64,000 bases of DNA from NCBI GenBank assembly GCA_963775425.1, contig CAVZJB010000016.1:192001-256000 (forward strand), written 5' to 3'. The position numbers were made by a program, and so were the translations under genes. This DNA comes from an uncultured delta proteobacterium (GTDB lineage: Bacteria; Myxococcota; UBA727; VGSZ01). This document shows positions 50,247 through 60,802 of the stretch, piece by piece (position 1 is the first letter of the stretch; each line of letters begins with the position of its first letter). Under the pieces are notes generated by a model. The model saw only the letters and a program-made list of their open reading frames with translations. It did not search any database and was not told where the DNA came from.

Positions 50247-50671
50247 GGGTGGCTCCCCTGGGTTTTCAAAGCGGGCTCGATGAACGCGGTCTTCACGTAC
50301 GCGAGGACGTCGGCGACGCCCTTGTCCGTGAGGGCTGGGCCCCAGGGCGGCATCGCGGGGGACAGCTTCACGGCCGGTCCCCCGTCGCGAACGGCGACGA
50401 ACAGCTCCCAGTCGGTGACGTCGGCGAAGCGCTTGGCGTCGGAGAAGCTCGCCGGCGGCGGCTTGAGCGCTTGACCCGCGAGCCCGTTGCCGAGCCCGTG
50501 CTTGCCGTGGCAGCTCGCGCAGTTGACCACGAACAGCTTCTTGCCGTTCGCCACGTCGCCGCGGATGGCGAACCCGGCGGGCGGGGGGTCCTTGGGCGGG
50601 GCTGCGACCGCCGCGAACGCGGCGGTGCACGCCGCGGCCAGAATCGTCACGCCCCATGCCGTCTTGCTCAT
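50243..50671 (-). CDS. Periplasmic class I monoheme cytochrome c
   Basis: Signal peptide, GDVANGKKLFVVNCASCHG, distal AMPPWG; AGGAGG SD; 4-nt overlap with the Cyc2-like gene. Confidence 0.92.
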   Translation of the reverse strand: MSKTAWGVTILAAACTAAFAAVAAPPKDPPPAGFAIRGDVANGKKLFVVNCASCHGKHGLGNGLAGQALKPPPASFSDAKRFADVTDWELFVAVRDGGPAVKLSPAMPPWGPALTDKGVADVLAYVKTAFIEPALKTQGSHP

Positions 50672-50696
50672 GCCGACCTCCTGATGGCGTCCTCAA

Positions 50697-50712
50697 AGCA
50701 AGTGCGAGGCCA
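50697..50712 (-). promoter_or_regulatory. Putative sigma54 (-24/-12) promoter of the cytochrome operon
   Basis: The minus strand reads TGGCCTCGCACTTGCT, with exact GG-N10-GC spacing, 25 nt upstream of the ATG. Confidence 0.65.
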
Positions 50713-50833
50713 CCCAGGTGGGATGAACCGCGCGGTCGCGCGGGCGCACGCCACCGCGGCCGCTGCGCGATGGGGCACTGTGGTGCAGGGTCGAAGCGTG
50801 CGGCCGCGCCCCTGTTCTGTGTGATTCCGCCCG

Positions 50834-51592
50834 CTATTCGGCGACGATGAACGACGGCAGCGCGAGCTTCGCCTTCGCCGCTTCGGCGGCGGCGCGCGCG
50901 GCGTAGGCCCCGAGGCGCACGCGGAACACGGACTTGCCGCCGACCTCGCCCTCGGCGACGCGCGCCCCGGGGAGCTTCTTCGCGAACGCCTCGGCGCCCT
51001 CGCGCGTGGGCAACGACGCGACCTGGAGCGCGTACGTGGGCGCGGACGCGCGGTGATCGTCGACGCCGGCGGGCACGGTGCCGAGCACCTTGGCCAGCGC
51101 GCGCTGGATGCGGCGGTCGTCGGCCTTGTCGTCGTTGTCGTCGTCGTCGTCGTCGCTCGCGGCGTGCGCGGCGGTGGCGTGCGCGGCAGCGGCGGGGGCG
51201 GCTGCGGGGGCCGGCGCGGGCGGCGACGCGGGGGGCGGGGCCGGCGGGGGATCCTCGGGCGGGGTCTCGAGGTGTGCGGGAGCGGTCTCCGCCGCGGGCT
51301 CCACCGCCGACGCCGGCTTTTCCCCCAGCTTCTCGGCGCGGACCGGGTCGGGCCGCTGCAGCTCCGCCGCATAGGTGAGCTTCAGCGCCGCGCGCTTTTG
51401 CTCGTAGACCTGCGCGGTGCGCTCGGCGCGCGCGAGCACGTCGGCGGTGGGAAGCGCGGAGCCGCGCGCCTCGCCGATGCCGCCGGCGACGACGATGCCG
51501 AGCCCGAAGGCGGCGCCGACGCCGACGGCGAAGAACACGCCGCGCGGCAACACGCTCGCCCGCTCCAGGATGGTCCTCGAGGCGTCTCGCAA
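50834..51592 (-). CDS. SPOR domain-containing protein (FtsN/DedD-like)
   Basis: TM, Pro/Ala linker, YALQVASL...FRVRLGAY; lies downstream of argS, a common arrangement. Confidence 0.85.
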   Translation of the reverse strand: MRDASRTILERASVLPRGVFFAVGVGAAFGLGIVVAGGIGEARGSALPTADVLARAERTAQVYEQKRAALKLTYAAELQRPDPVRAEKLGEKPASAVEPAAETAPAHLETPPEDPPPAPPPASPPAPAPAAAPAAAAHATAAHAASDDDDDDNDDKADDRRIQRALAKVLGTVPAGVDDHRASAPTYALQVASLPTREGAEAFAKKLPGARVAEGEVGGKSVFRVRLGAYAARAAAEAAKAKLALPSFIVAE

Positions 51593-51594
51593 AA

Positions 51595-53400
51595 TCAGCC
51601 CTCCTCCTCGGCGCCGTCGTCGGTTTCGAGCGACGGCATGTAGTCGGGCGCGTCGACCCCGACCATGGCGAACGCGTTGTTGAGCGTCTGCTTCACGGCC
51701 GTGATCAGCGCGAGCCGGCCCTGGGTCTTGACGACGTCGTCGGAGATGACGCGCTCGCCCGTCCTCTTGCCCAGGGTGTAGTACGAGTGGAATTCCGCGA
51801 TCAGCTCGCCGCAGTACGACAGCACCCGATGGGGCTCGAGCGCCTCGGCCGCGCCGACGACGAGGTCCGGGAACAACGCCATCTTCTTCAGCAGCGCGCG
51901 CTCTTCGGGGAGCGCGAGCCGCGCGAGCGCTGCATCACCGAGCGCGACGTTCGCGTCGAAGGGGTGGCCCGCCTCGGCGGCGCGCTTGAGGATCTGCGCG
52001 CAGCGGGCGTGGCCGTACTGGAAGTAGAAGACCGGGTTGTCGCTCGACTGCTTCGCGACGAGCGCGAGGTCGAAGTCGAACTGCGAATTCGTCGTCTTCG
52101 AGAGGAACAGGAAGCGGCAGACGTCGGGCCCGACCTCGTCGATGAGGTCGTCGAGCTCGAACACCGTGCCCTTGCGCTTGGAGACCTTGACCTCCTGCCC
52201 CTCGCGCACGATGCGCACCATCTGCACGAGGACGAAGTCCATCTGCGCGTCTTCGAAGCCGAGCAGCGTCACGCCCGCGCGCATGCGCGGGACGTGGCCG
52301 GCGTGGTCGGCGCCGAAGACGTCGACGCAGCGGCCGAAACCGCGGTCGAGCTTGTCCTTGTGGTAGGCGAGGTCGGCCGTGAGGTACACGGGCGAGCCGT
52401 CCCTCCTCAGGATGATGCGGTCCTCGTCGTCGCCGAGGCGCGTGGTCTCGAGGAACGTGCCGCCCTGCTGGCGGTCCTCGTACTGCCCCGCCTTGCTGCC
52501 CTCGCGGCGGATCTTGTCCTCGGTGCCGCGGGCGCGCTCGGCCTCGTACGTCACGCCGCGCGCGCGGTAGTGGTCGACGACGGCGACGACCTTTCCCGCC
52601 TCGTGCAGCGCGGCCTCCGACGAGAACACGTCGTGGTGGATGTGGGCCTTGGCGAGCGTGCCGCGGATGGCCGCCATGTTCTCGCGGATGGCGATCGCCT
52701 TGCAGCGCGGCAGCCATTCGTCGGCGGCGGCGCGCAGCCACTTGTCGCCGTCCTCGTCCTTGAGCTTCTGCGCGATGTCGACGACGTACTGCGCGGGGTA
52801 CTCGCCCTCGGCGAGCTCGATGCCGGTCTCGCCGCAGAGCTGGCGGTAGCGCTTGTGCACCGTGCGGCCGAGCACCTCGACCTGGTTGCCGAAGTCGTTG
52901 ATGTAGAACTCGCGGGTGACGTCGTGGCCGGCGGCCTCGAGGAGCCGGGCGACGGCGTCGCCGGTGAAGGCGCCGCGGGCGTGGCCGATGTGGACGGGGC
53001 CCGTGGGGTTTGCGGAGACGAACTCCACGTTCACCCGCTTGCCCGTGGAGCGAGCGGGGCGCCGGCCCCAGGCGGCGCCCGCGGCGAGCACCTCGCGCGC
53101 CACGCGCTGCACCACGGCGTCCTTGAGGGTGATGTTCAAAAAGCCCGGGCCGGCGACGTCGACCTTGGCGACGACGCCGGCCTTGTCGACGAGCGCGCCC
53201 GCGATGAGCTCGGCGATCTTGCGCGGGGGCTTGCCCTCGGGCTTGGCCATGACCATCGCCACGTTCACGGAGAGGTCGCCGTGGGCAGCGTTCTTGGGCG
53301 GCTCCACCACGTACGCGGGCGCGCTCTCGAGCCGCAGGTGCCCTGCCGCCTTCAGCGCGGCCAGGGTGTCATCGACGACGGGGACGATCAGGTTCCGCAT
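51595..53400 (-). CDS. argS: Arginine--tRNA ligase
   Basis: VEFVSANPTGPVHIGHARG, DLAYH, GADHAGH, NPVFYFQYGHAR. Confidence 0.98.
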   Translation of the reverse strand: MRNLIVPVVDDTLAALKAAGHLRLESAPAYVVEPPKNAAHGDLSVNVAMVMAKPEGKPPRKIAELIAGALVDKAGVVAKVDVAGPGFLNITLKDAVVQRVAREVLAAGAAWGRRPARSTGKRVNVEFVSANPTGPVHIGHARGAFTGDAVARLLEAAGHDVTREFYINDFGNQVEVLGRTVHKRYRQLCGETGIELAEGEYPAQYVVDIAQKLKDEDGDKWLRAAADEWLPRCKAIAIRENMAAIRGTLAKAHIHHDVFSSEAALHEAGKVVAVVDHYRARGVTYEAERARGTEDKIRREGSKAGQYEDRQQGGTFLETTRLGDDEDRIILRRDGSPVYLTADLAYHKDKLDRGFGRCVDVFGADHAGHVPRMRAGVTLLGFEDAQMDFVLVQMVRIVREGQEVKVSKRKGTVFELDDLIDEVGPDVCRFLFLSKTTNSQFDFDLALVAKQSSDNPVFYFQYGHARCAQILKRAAEAGHPFDANVALGDAALARLALPEERALLKKMALFPDLVVGAAEALEPHRVLSYCGELIAEFHSYYTLGKRTGERVISDDVVKTQGRLALITAVKQTLNNAFAMVGVDAPDYMPSLETDDGAEEEG

Positions 53401-53526
53401 CCGTTTGCCTTCACTCTGCGCCGGCGTGCGCCTCCGGTGTCAGGATGGGGGCACTGTGGGCGCGGGTCCAGTTTTCGACTCGACCATGGCGGTCTAGCGA
53501 CCGGGCGCAACCGAGGCGGCGGGCGA

Positions 53527-53960
53527 TCAGGGAAACGGACCGCCGCTGCACGTCGACGTCACCGCGCTGCAGAACACGCCGGCGGGCACGGCGCAGGAGG
53601 TGACGGTGGCGCCGCTCATGTCGGTGCCGGTGACGGACGTGAGGCGCGGGTTGACCGGCATCTGTTCGCAGGGGAGGCCCTGTGCGTCCTGGGACTTCAG
53701 CACGCACCAGCCGTCGCCGAGCGAGTCCTTCACGCAGGCGTCGTTGTTGCCGATGGTGCCCTGGTTGCACGCGTCGTTGCTGTTGCAGCCGGTCGTTGCC
53801 GCCGGCGAAGCTCGCGATGACGCAGTCGTTCGATACGCCGCACGACGGGGCCGGCTCTCCCTCTCCCTCTCCCTCGCCCTCGCCCTCTCCCCCGCCGCCG
53901 CCGCCGCCCAGGATCGCCGGGGCCGGCGCCGGGCCCAGTCCGGTTTCCGGCGCGGCGATG
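53527..53960 (-). pseudogene. Frameshifted, 5'-truncated fragment of a GE-repeat / Cys-rich surface protein
   Basis: Frame 1 reads GGGGGGGEGEGEGEGEGEPAPSCGVSNDCVIASFAGGND. After one extra base near 53791, frame 2 continues GCNSNDACNQG...CSAVTSTCSGGPFP*. No start codon or signal peptide was found. Confidence 0.6.
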
Positions 53961-53997
53961 ACGGTGTAGCGAGCGGGGGCAAATCGAGGACGCCGCC

Positions 53998-54837
53998 ATG
54001 ACGACAGCCACCCCCGCTCCCCGCCCCCTCGAGGGCCGTTGCGCCTACGTCACCGGCGGCTCCGCCGGCATCGGCGCGGCCACGGCCAAGGAGCTCGCCC
54101 GCCTCGGCGCCGCCGTCGTCATCGGCGCGCGCCGCCAGGCGAAGCTCGAGGCGGTGCAGGCGCGCATCGAGGACGAGGTGCCGGGAGCCCGGGTGCTGGC
54201 CCTGCCCCTCGACGTCACGAACGAGCTGTCGCTCGACGAGTGGATCGACGAAGGGGCCTCCCTCGGCCCGTGCTCCATCCTCGTCAACAACGCCGGGCTC
54301 GCCCTCGGGCGCCAGCGCATCGACGAGGCCGACCTCGAGGCGTGGGACACGGTGCTCGACGTCAACGTCCGCGCGGCCTTTCGCGTGGTGCGAAAGCTCC
54401 TGCCCGGCATGCTCGCGCGCGCCCAGGCCGGCGACGGGGACACAGGCGCCGGGGGCGGCGGCGCCGGGGGTGGCGGCGACATCGTCATGCTCAGCTCCGT
54501 CGCCGCCGTGGAGCCGTACGCCAACGGGAGCGTCTACTGCGCCAGCAAGGCGGCGCTGTCGGCGTTTTCGCGCTCGCTGCGCGCGGAGCTCCTGGGCAAG
54601 GACGTGCGGGTGCTGACGTTCGAGCCGGGCATGGTCGAGACGGAGTTCTCGGTGGTGCGGAACTTCGGCGACGCCGCCGCGGCCGACAAGACCTACGCCG
54701 GCATGCGTCCCGTGAGCGCGGCCGAGGTGGCCGAGTGCATCGCGTTCGCCGTCACGCGCCCGCGCCACGTCTCCCTCGACCACATGATGATCATGGCCAC
54801 CGACCAGCTCGGCACCCAGGCCGTCCACCGGCGCTGA
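53998..54837 (+). CDS. Short-chain dehydrogenase/reductase (YdfG-like)
   Basis: VTGGSAGIG, LVNNAGLALG, YCASK, EPGMVETEFSVVR. Confidence 0.92.
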   Translation: MTTATPAPRPLEGRCAYVTGGSAGIGAATAKELARLGAAVVIGARRQAKLEAVQARIEDEVPGARVLALPLDVTNELSLDEWIDEGASLGPCSILVNNAGLALGRQRIDEADLEAWDTVLDVNVRAAFRVVRKLLPGMLARAQAGDGDTGAGGGGAGGGGDIVMLSSVAAVEPYANGSVYCASKAALSAFSRSLRAELLGKDVRVLTFEPGMVETEFSVVRNFGDAAAADKTYAGMRPVSAAEVAECIAFAVTRPRHVSLDHMMIMATDQLGTQAVHRR

Positions 54838-54964
54838 CGTCGACGCCCCCGCGCGGCAGCGTGTCGGACGACAACGCCCATGGTGTTCCCTGGGCCTTCA
54901 CCGGCTTCGCGTTTCCCGGTGTTCGCGCCGTCGCAAGCGGCGTCCGGGGGAGTAGGCTCGGAGG

Positions 54965-56329
<1,365 letters not shown>

Positions 56330-56339
56330 GGGCCGCGCG

Positions 56340-57149
56340 CTACCGGCGGCGCACGGGCTTTACCAGGATCTCGCGCACCCGTTGCTGATCGTGCGGCTCG
56401 GAGAAGCGGGCGACGTACGCGTCGAGCGTGGAGCGCGGGCGGGTGCGCTCGCCGGCGACGAGGATCTCGTTCAAGCCGCGCGGCGGGATGACCGCGCGCA
56501 CGGAGGGGAACGCGTCGAGGAACGCGCGTCGGGTGTCCTGCCGCGCGGTGCGGTGCACGCCGCCGTCGGTGATGAGGTTGGCGACGAGGATGCCCCCGGG
56601 CGCGAGGCGATCGCGGAACAGGCGCAGCGTGTCGCCCGTGGGGGTCCGCGCGCGCACGACGTCGGTGGGGCCGGTGAGGAAGAGGTCGTCGAGGATGGCG
56701 TCGAAGCGCTCGCCGGCGTCCGCGAGGAACCGGTAGGCGTCCTCGACGTGGACCTCGAGCCGCTGGGCGTCGAGGTCCATGTAGCGGCGCGCGAGGTCGA
56801 CGATGCCGTCGTCGATCTCGACGCCGACGATGCGCGCGGCGGGCAACAGCGCGCGCAGTTGGCGGGTGACGGTGCCGCCGCCGAGGCCGAGGACGAGGAC
56901 GTTCTTCGGGGGGCCGTCTCCGTGGAGGAGCGCGCCGCAGGACAGCGCGTCCCACGAAAAGCCCGTCATCTTGTTGCGCGGGTGCCAGCTCGCGAACGTG
57001 GCGCCCTCGACCTCGAGGTCCACACGCTCGCCCGTGCGCCGCACCCGGACGGTGTTGAACGCGGTGGTGACGGACTCGAGATCCTCGCTCGGGAAGAGCG
57101 GCTGGAGCCGGGCGGGCGGCAGGGCGGAGGAGGTGGGGGCGCTGGCCAT
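56340..57149 (-). CDS. Spermidine synthase-like SAM-dependent methyltransferase
   Basis: VLVLGLGGGT, VEIDDGIVDLARRY, DAYRFL, FDAILDD, LAPGGILVAN. Confidence 0.85.
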   Translation of the reverse strand: MASAPTSSALPPARLQPLFPSEDLESVTTAFNTVRVRRTGERVDLEVEGATFASWHPRNKMTGFSWDALSCGALLHGDGPPKNVLVLGLGGGTVTRQLRALLPAARIVGVEIDDGIVDLARRYMDLDAQRLEVHVEDAYRFLADAGERFDAILDDLFLTGPTDVVRARTPTGDTLRLFRDRLAPGGILVANLITDGGVHRTARQDTRRAFLDAFPSVRAVIPPRGLNEILVAGERTRPRSTLDAYVARFSEPHDQQRVREILVKPVRRR

Positions 57150-57178
57150 GGGCGGGCCGCGAGTGTAGCCCCATTTCC

Positions 57179-58129
57179 GTGAACCACGAGCACATCCTCC
57201 GCGCCCACCTCGACAAGACCCTCGCCGGCCTCGACGCGCCCGCGCCCAGCTACCGCGGCAAGGTGCGCGACATCTGGGAGAAGGGCGGAGAGATCCTCCT
57301 CGTGGCCACCGACCGTGTGAGCGCGTTCGATGTGGTGCTCGGCACCGTCCCGATGAAGGGCCAGCTCCTCACCGAGCAGGCGGCCTTCTGGCTCGACAAG
57401 GCTGCCGCCGTCGCCGAGACCCACCTGCTCGGCCGCCCCGACCCGCAGGCGCTCCTGTGCCGAAAGACCGAGCCCCTGCCCGTCGAGCTCGTCGTGCGCG
57501 GTTTCCTGGCCGGCTCGCTGCTGCGCGAGCCCAGGGAGTCGCGCGGCGCCGCCTACGGGCTCAAGCTCGACCCCGGCCTCGCCGACTATGCGCGCCTCGA
57601 CGAGGCCATCGTCACGCCCACCACCAAGGAGAGGGCCGGCCTCCACGATCGCCCGTGCTCCCTCGACGACCTGATCAACGAAGGGCGCGTGTCGCGAAAG
57701 CACCTCGAGCGCTGCGTCGAGATCGCCCGCGCGCTCTTCGCGCTCGGCCAGGAGCACGCGGAGAGAAACGGGCTGCTGCTCGTCGACACCAAGTACGAGA
57801 TGGGCCTCGTCGGCGACCGCGTGGTGCTCATCGACGAGGTGCACACGGCGGACTCCTCGCGCTTCTGGGTCGCCGGCAGCTACGCGGAGCGCCTGCGCCG
57901 GGGAGAGGCGCCCGAGATGCTCGACAAGGAGCGCCTGCGCCGCTGGTTGCTCGCCCAGGGCTTCTCCGGCCACGGCGCCGCTCCCGCGCTCACCGACGAC
58001 GTCCGCGTCGACCTGGCCCTGCACTACTGGGAGCTCACCGAGCGTGCGCTTGGCCGCCCCTACGCCCCCGCCGAGGGCGCCGCCGTCGACCGTGTGCGCG
58101 GCGTCGTGGAGCGCTTCGTCACGGAATAG
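57179..58129 (+). CDS. purC: SAICAR synthase
   Basis: YRGKVRDI, TDRVSAFD, TPTTK, LVDTKYEMG, IDEVHTADSSRFW, DKERLRRWL. Confidence 0.96.
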   Translation: MNHEHILRAHLDKTLAGLDAPAPSYRGKVRDIWEKGGEILLVATDRVSAFDVVLGTVPMKGQLLTEQAAFWLDKAAAVAETHLLGRPDPQALLCRKTEPLPVELVVRGFLAGSLLREPRESRGAAYGLKLDPGLADYARLDEAIVTPTTKERAGLHDRPCSLDDLINEGRVSRKHLERCVEIARALFALGQEHAERNGLLLVDTKYEMGLVGDRVVLIDEVHTADSSRFWVAGSYAERLRRGEAPEMLDKERLRRWLLAQGFSGHGAAPALTDDVRVDLALHYWELTERALGRPYAPAEGAAVDRVRGVVERFVTE

Positions 58130-58168
58130 TTGATTGCGGGCGCCGCCGTACCCGACGATGGTGGGCAC

Positions 58169-59452
58169 ATGGCCGGGCCGAGCCTCCTGATCGATCGCGC
58201 GGGCGCCATCGTTCGCGTCGAGCAGGCCACGCGCGACGTGCTCAAGGCGCTGCCGGGCACCTATCGCGTCGTGCGCGCGGGCGCGGTGCTGTTCATGGTC
58301 CTCGACGAGAACACCGGGACCGCGCTCAAGGACGGCGAGTCCCTCGCCCTCGCCGGCGACGTCAAGACGGTGCCGCTGTTGTCGCTCATGAACCTCCTCG
58401 GTCAGTCGCGGGAGACCGGCCGCCTCGTGGTCAAGCACCGGGACGCCGAGCGCGTGGTGCTCCTCAAAAACGGCGACGTCGCGTCGGTGGGCTCGAACCT
58501 CCCGCGTGATCGGCTGGGCACCTTCCTCGTGCGCCTCGGGCGCGTCCGCGACGTCGACCTGGAGCGCGCGCAGCAGATTTGCGCGCAGACCGGTCAGCGC
58601 ATCGGCCAGGTGCTGGTGCAGCAGAAGCTGGTCGAGCCGCACGAGCTCTGGGCGTGCATCCAGGAGCAGATCACCGAGCTGTTCGCCGAGGTCACGCAGT
58701 GGCCGGAGGGCAGCTTCGTCCTGTATCGGGTGCCCGCGGAGCACCCGTTCCCGTCGACGCCCCCGCTGTCGATGCAGGGCCTGCTCCTCGAGGCCGTGCG
58801 CCGGGCGGACGAGATGAGCGTGTTCCGTGAGCGCATCGCCAGCGTGAACACCCGCCTGCGGCGCACGCAGAAGGCGGCTCGCCCCGACCTCCCCGAAGAC
58901 GAGCGCGCCGTCATGGAGGCCGTCGCGCCCGAGGCCAGCGTCGCCGAGGTCTCGCGCGCGCTTCACACCAACGAGTTCGAGGCCACGCGCCTGTGCTACC
59001 AGCTCCTCAAGGCCGGGCTCATCGAGATCGTGAAGCCGTCGGCGCCTGCGCGTCCGTCGTTCGCGCTGTCGCAGGAAGACCGCGACCGCATCGACATCTA
59101 CAACCTCGCCTTCCGCGAGATCCGCGACGAGCTCGCCCGCGCCGGCCACCTCGACAGCTTCATCGACGGCGTGCGCAAATACCTCGCGGACCCCAACGGC
59201 GGTTGGGCCGATCTGTTCCGCTTCGTCGACGTAGACGACAGCGGCGGCCTCACGGTGGAGCCGCTCGTGGGGAACCTCGGCGCGCTGCACGCGCAGGGGC
59301 ACGACCCGGGGAACACGCTCACCGAGGCGCTCAACGAGCTCACCTTCTTCATGCTCTTTCAGTGCGGCGAGGTCCTCGATCCCAAGAGCGACGAGAACCT
59401 CGGCCGCCGCGTGCGCCTCATCCACGCGAGCCTGCCGTCCGCCGCGCGCTGA
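58169..59452 (+). CDS. DUF4388 domain-containing protein
   Basis: LAGDV..VPLLSLMNLLGQSRETGRL, RLGTFL, RIGQVLV, WPEGSF, LLLEAVRRADE. Confidence 0.85.
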   Translation: MAGPSLLIDRAGAIVRVEQATRDVLKALPGTYRVVRAGAVLFMVLDENTGTALKDGESLALAGDVKTVPLLSLMNLLGQSRETGRLVVKHRDAERVVLLKNGDVASVGSNLPRDRLGTFLVRLGRVRDVDLERAQQICAQTGQRIGQVLVQQKLVEPHELWACIQEQITELFAEVTQWPEGSFVLYRVPAEHPFPSTPPLSMQGLLLEAVRRADEMSVFRERIASVNTRLRRTQKAARPDLPEDERAVMEAVAPEASVAEVSRALHTNEFEATRLCYQLLKAGLIEIVKPSAPARPSFALSQEDRDRIDIYNLAFREIRDELARAGHLDSFIDGVRKYLADPNGGWADLFRFVDVDDSGGLTVEPLVGNLGALHAQGHDPGNTLTEALNELTFFMLFQCGEVLDPKSDENLGRRVRLIHASLPSAAR

Positions 59453-59472
59453 CCGGGGGCGCCACGGCGGCG

Positions 59473-59943
59473 TCAGCGTTGCTGTCGAACGGCCTCGAAG
59501 ACGACGACGGCGGCGCACTGCGCGAGGTTGAGCGAGCGCCCGGCGACCATGGGCAGCGTGAGCACGCGGTCTCGTTCGCGGGCGCGGGCGAGGACGGCGT
59601 CGTCGACGCTGCCCTTCTCGGGGCCGAGGACCACGACGTCGCCGGGGGCGAGCGGCGCGTCCCAGGGCGCGCGCCGGCCGCCGACCTCGACGACCCACGG
59701 CGGGCGCTCGAGGAGGTCGAGGCAGCGGGCGAGCGAGCGGTGGAAGTGCACGCGCGCCTCCGCCCAGTAGTCGAGCCCGGCGCGGCGCATCTCGGTGAGC
59801 CGCGGGTCGGTCTCGTGCAGCGTGGTGGCGCAGACGTGGAGGGCGGCGCCGGTGCCGGCGCACAGGCGGACGCACGCGCCGACGTTGCCGGCGATGGCGG
59901 GCCTGTCGAGGACGACGTGCAGCGGCGGTGGGCTCTCCTGCAT
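59473..59943 (-). CDS. trmL: tRNA (cytidine/uridine-34-2'-O)-methyltransferase, SPOUT family
   Basis: PAIAGNVGACVRLC, RRAGLDYW, LGPEKG, RSLNLA..AVVVFEAVRQ. Confidence 0.9.
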   Translation of the reverse strand: MQESPPPLHVVLDRPAIAGNVGACVRLCAGTGAALHVCATTLHETDPRLTEMRRAGLDYWAEARVHFHRSLARCLDLLERPPWVVEVGGRRAPWDAPLAPGDVVVLGPEKGSVDDAVLARARERDRVLTLPMVAGRSLNLAQCAAVVVFEAVRQQR

Positions 59944-60048
59944 GGCCCGCATCATCGTCGAGGGCCCGCGCCTTGTCTTGCGCGAGATCGTTCCCGCGGC
60001 GGCCGTGGGGGCCGGTGTCCTGTGCGCGTGCACGCGCTACCATCCGGC

Positions 60049-60738
60049 ATGCTCCGCCCGCGCTCCGCCGCCCGCACCGTCGTCGCAGCCCTCACCGTCG
60101 TCACCGCCCTCACCGTCGCTGGCGGCTGCACCAAGGACAAGCCCGCCGACGCCCCCGGCGCCCCGGCCAAGGGAATGCCCGCGCTCGTCCCGCGGCGCGT
60201 CCCCGACACCGACATCGTCGTGAGCCTGCCCAAGGGCTGGGTGCTCGACATGCCCGACCCGGGCAAGCTCCCGCCGCCCCCGCCGAACCAGGACAAGATC
60301 GAGCTGCACACGCGCACGCTCCTCGTGGCGCGGCCGGCGACGCCGTTCCCGGGCACGCTGGTGACGCCGATGCTGCAGGTGCTCCAGGACGCCTGGCTCC
60401 CGGTCGGCACCACCGGCGTCGACTACCTCGTGGCGCAGCGCGCGGCCAACCAGGCGGTCATCGGCGCCAACATCCGCCACGTCGAGGCCGAGCCCTCAAG
60501 GCGCGACGGGCGCCCGCTGTACCACGTGCGTGACGAGTGGACCGTGAAGACGCCCGACGGCCAGAGCCGCGACGTGAGCCAGGAGGCCTTGCTGATGCTC
60601 GACACGGCCACGGCGCCCGACGGCAAGCCCGGCATGCACGGCTTCACCGTCGTCATCACCATGGAGAAGATCGAGTTCAACGCCTTGCAGCCCATGGTGC
60701 GGGAGATCCTCGGCTCGGCCCACTTCGACGCCAAGTGA
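60049..60738 (+). CDS. Hypothetical lipoprotein (possibly PsbP/DcrB-like)
   Basis: Lipobox VAGGC; SLPKGW motif; C-terminal ILGSAHF. Confidence 0.7.
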   Translation: MLRPRSAARTVVAALTVVTALTVAGGCTKDKPADAPGAPAKGMPALVPRRVPDTDIVVSLPKGWVLDMPDPGKLPPPPPNQDKIELHTRTLLVARPATPFPGTLVTPMLQVLQDAWLPVGTTGVDYLVAQRAANQAVIGANIRHVEAEPSRRDGRPLYHVRDEWTVKTPDGQSRDVSQEALLMLDTATAPDGKPGMHGFTVVITMEKIEFNALQPMVREILGSAHFDAK

Positions 60739-60802
60739 CATCTCCTGGCAGCCGCCGCGGCGGGGGTAGCGCGTAAGCGGCCGCGCGGGCATAAGGCCGC
60801 GC

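Noticed and set aside
53401-53526. T-box or attenuator leader for argS (short uORF MVESKTGPAPTVPPS)
   Set aside because: There is no T-box consensus, and the uORF has no Arg codons.
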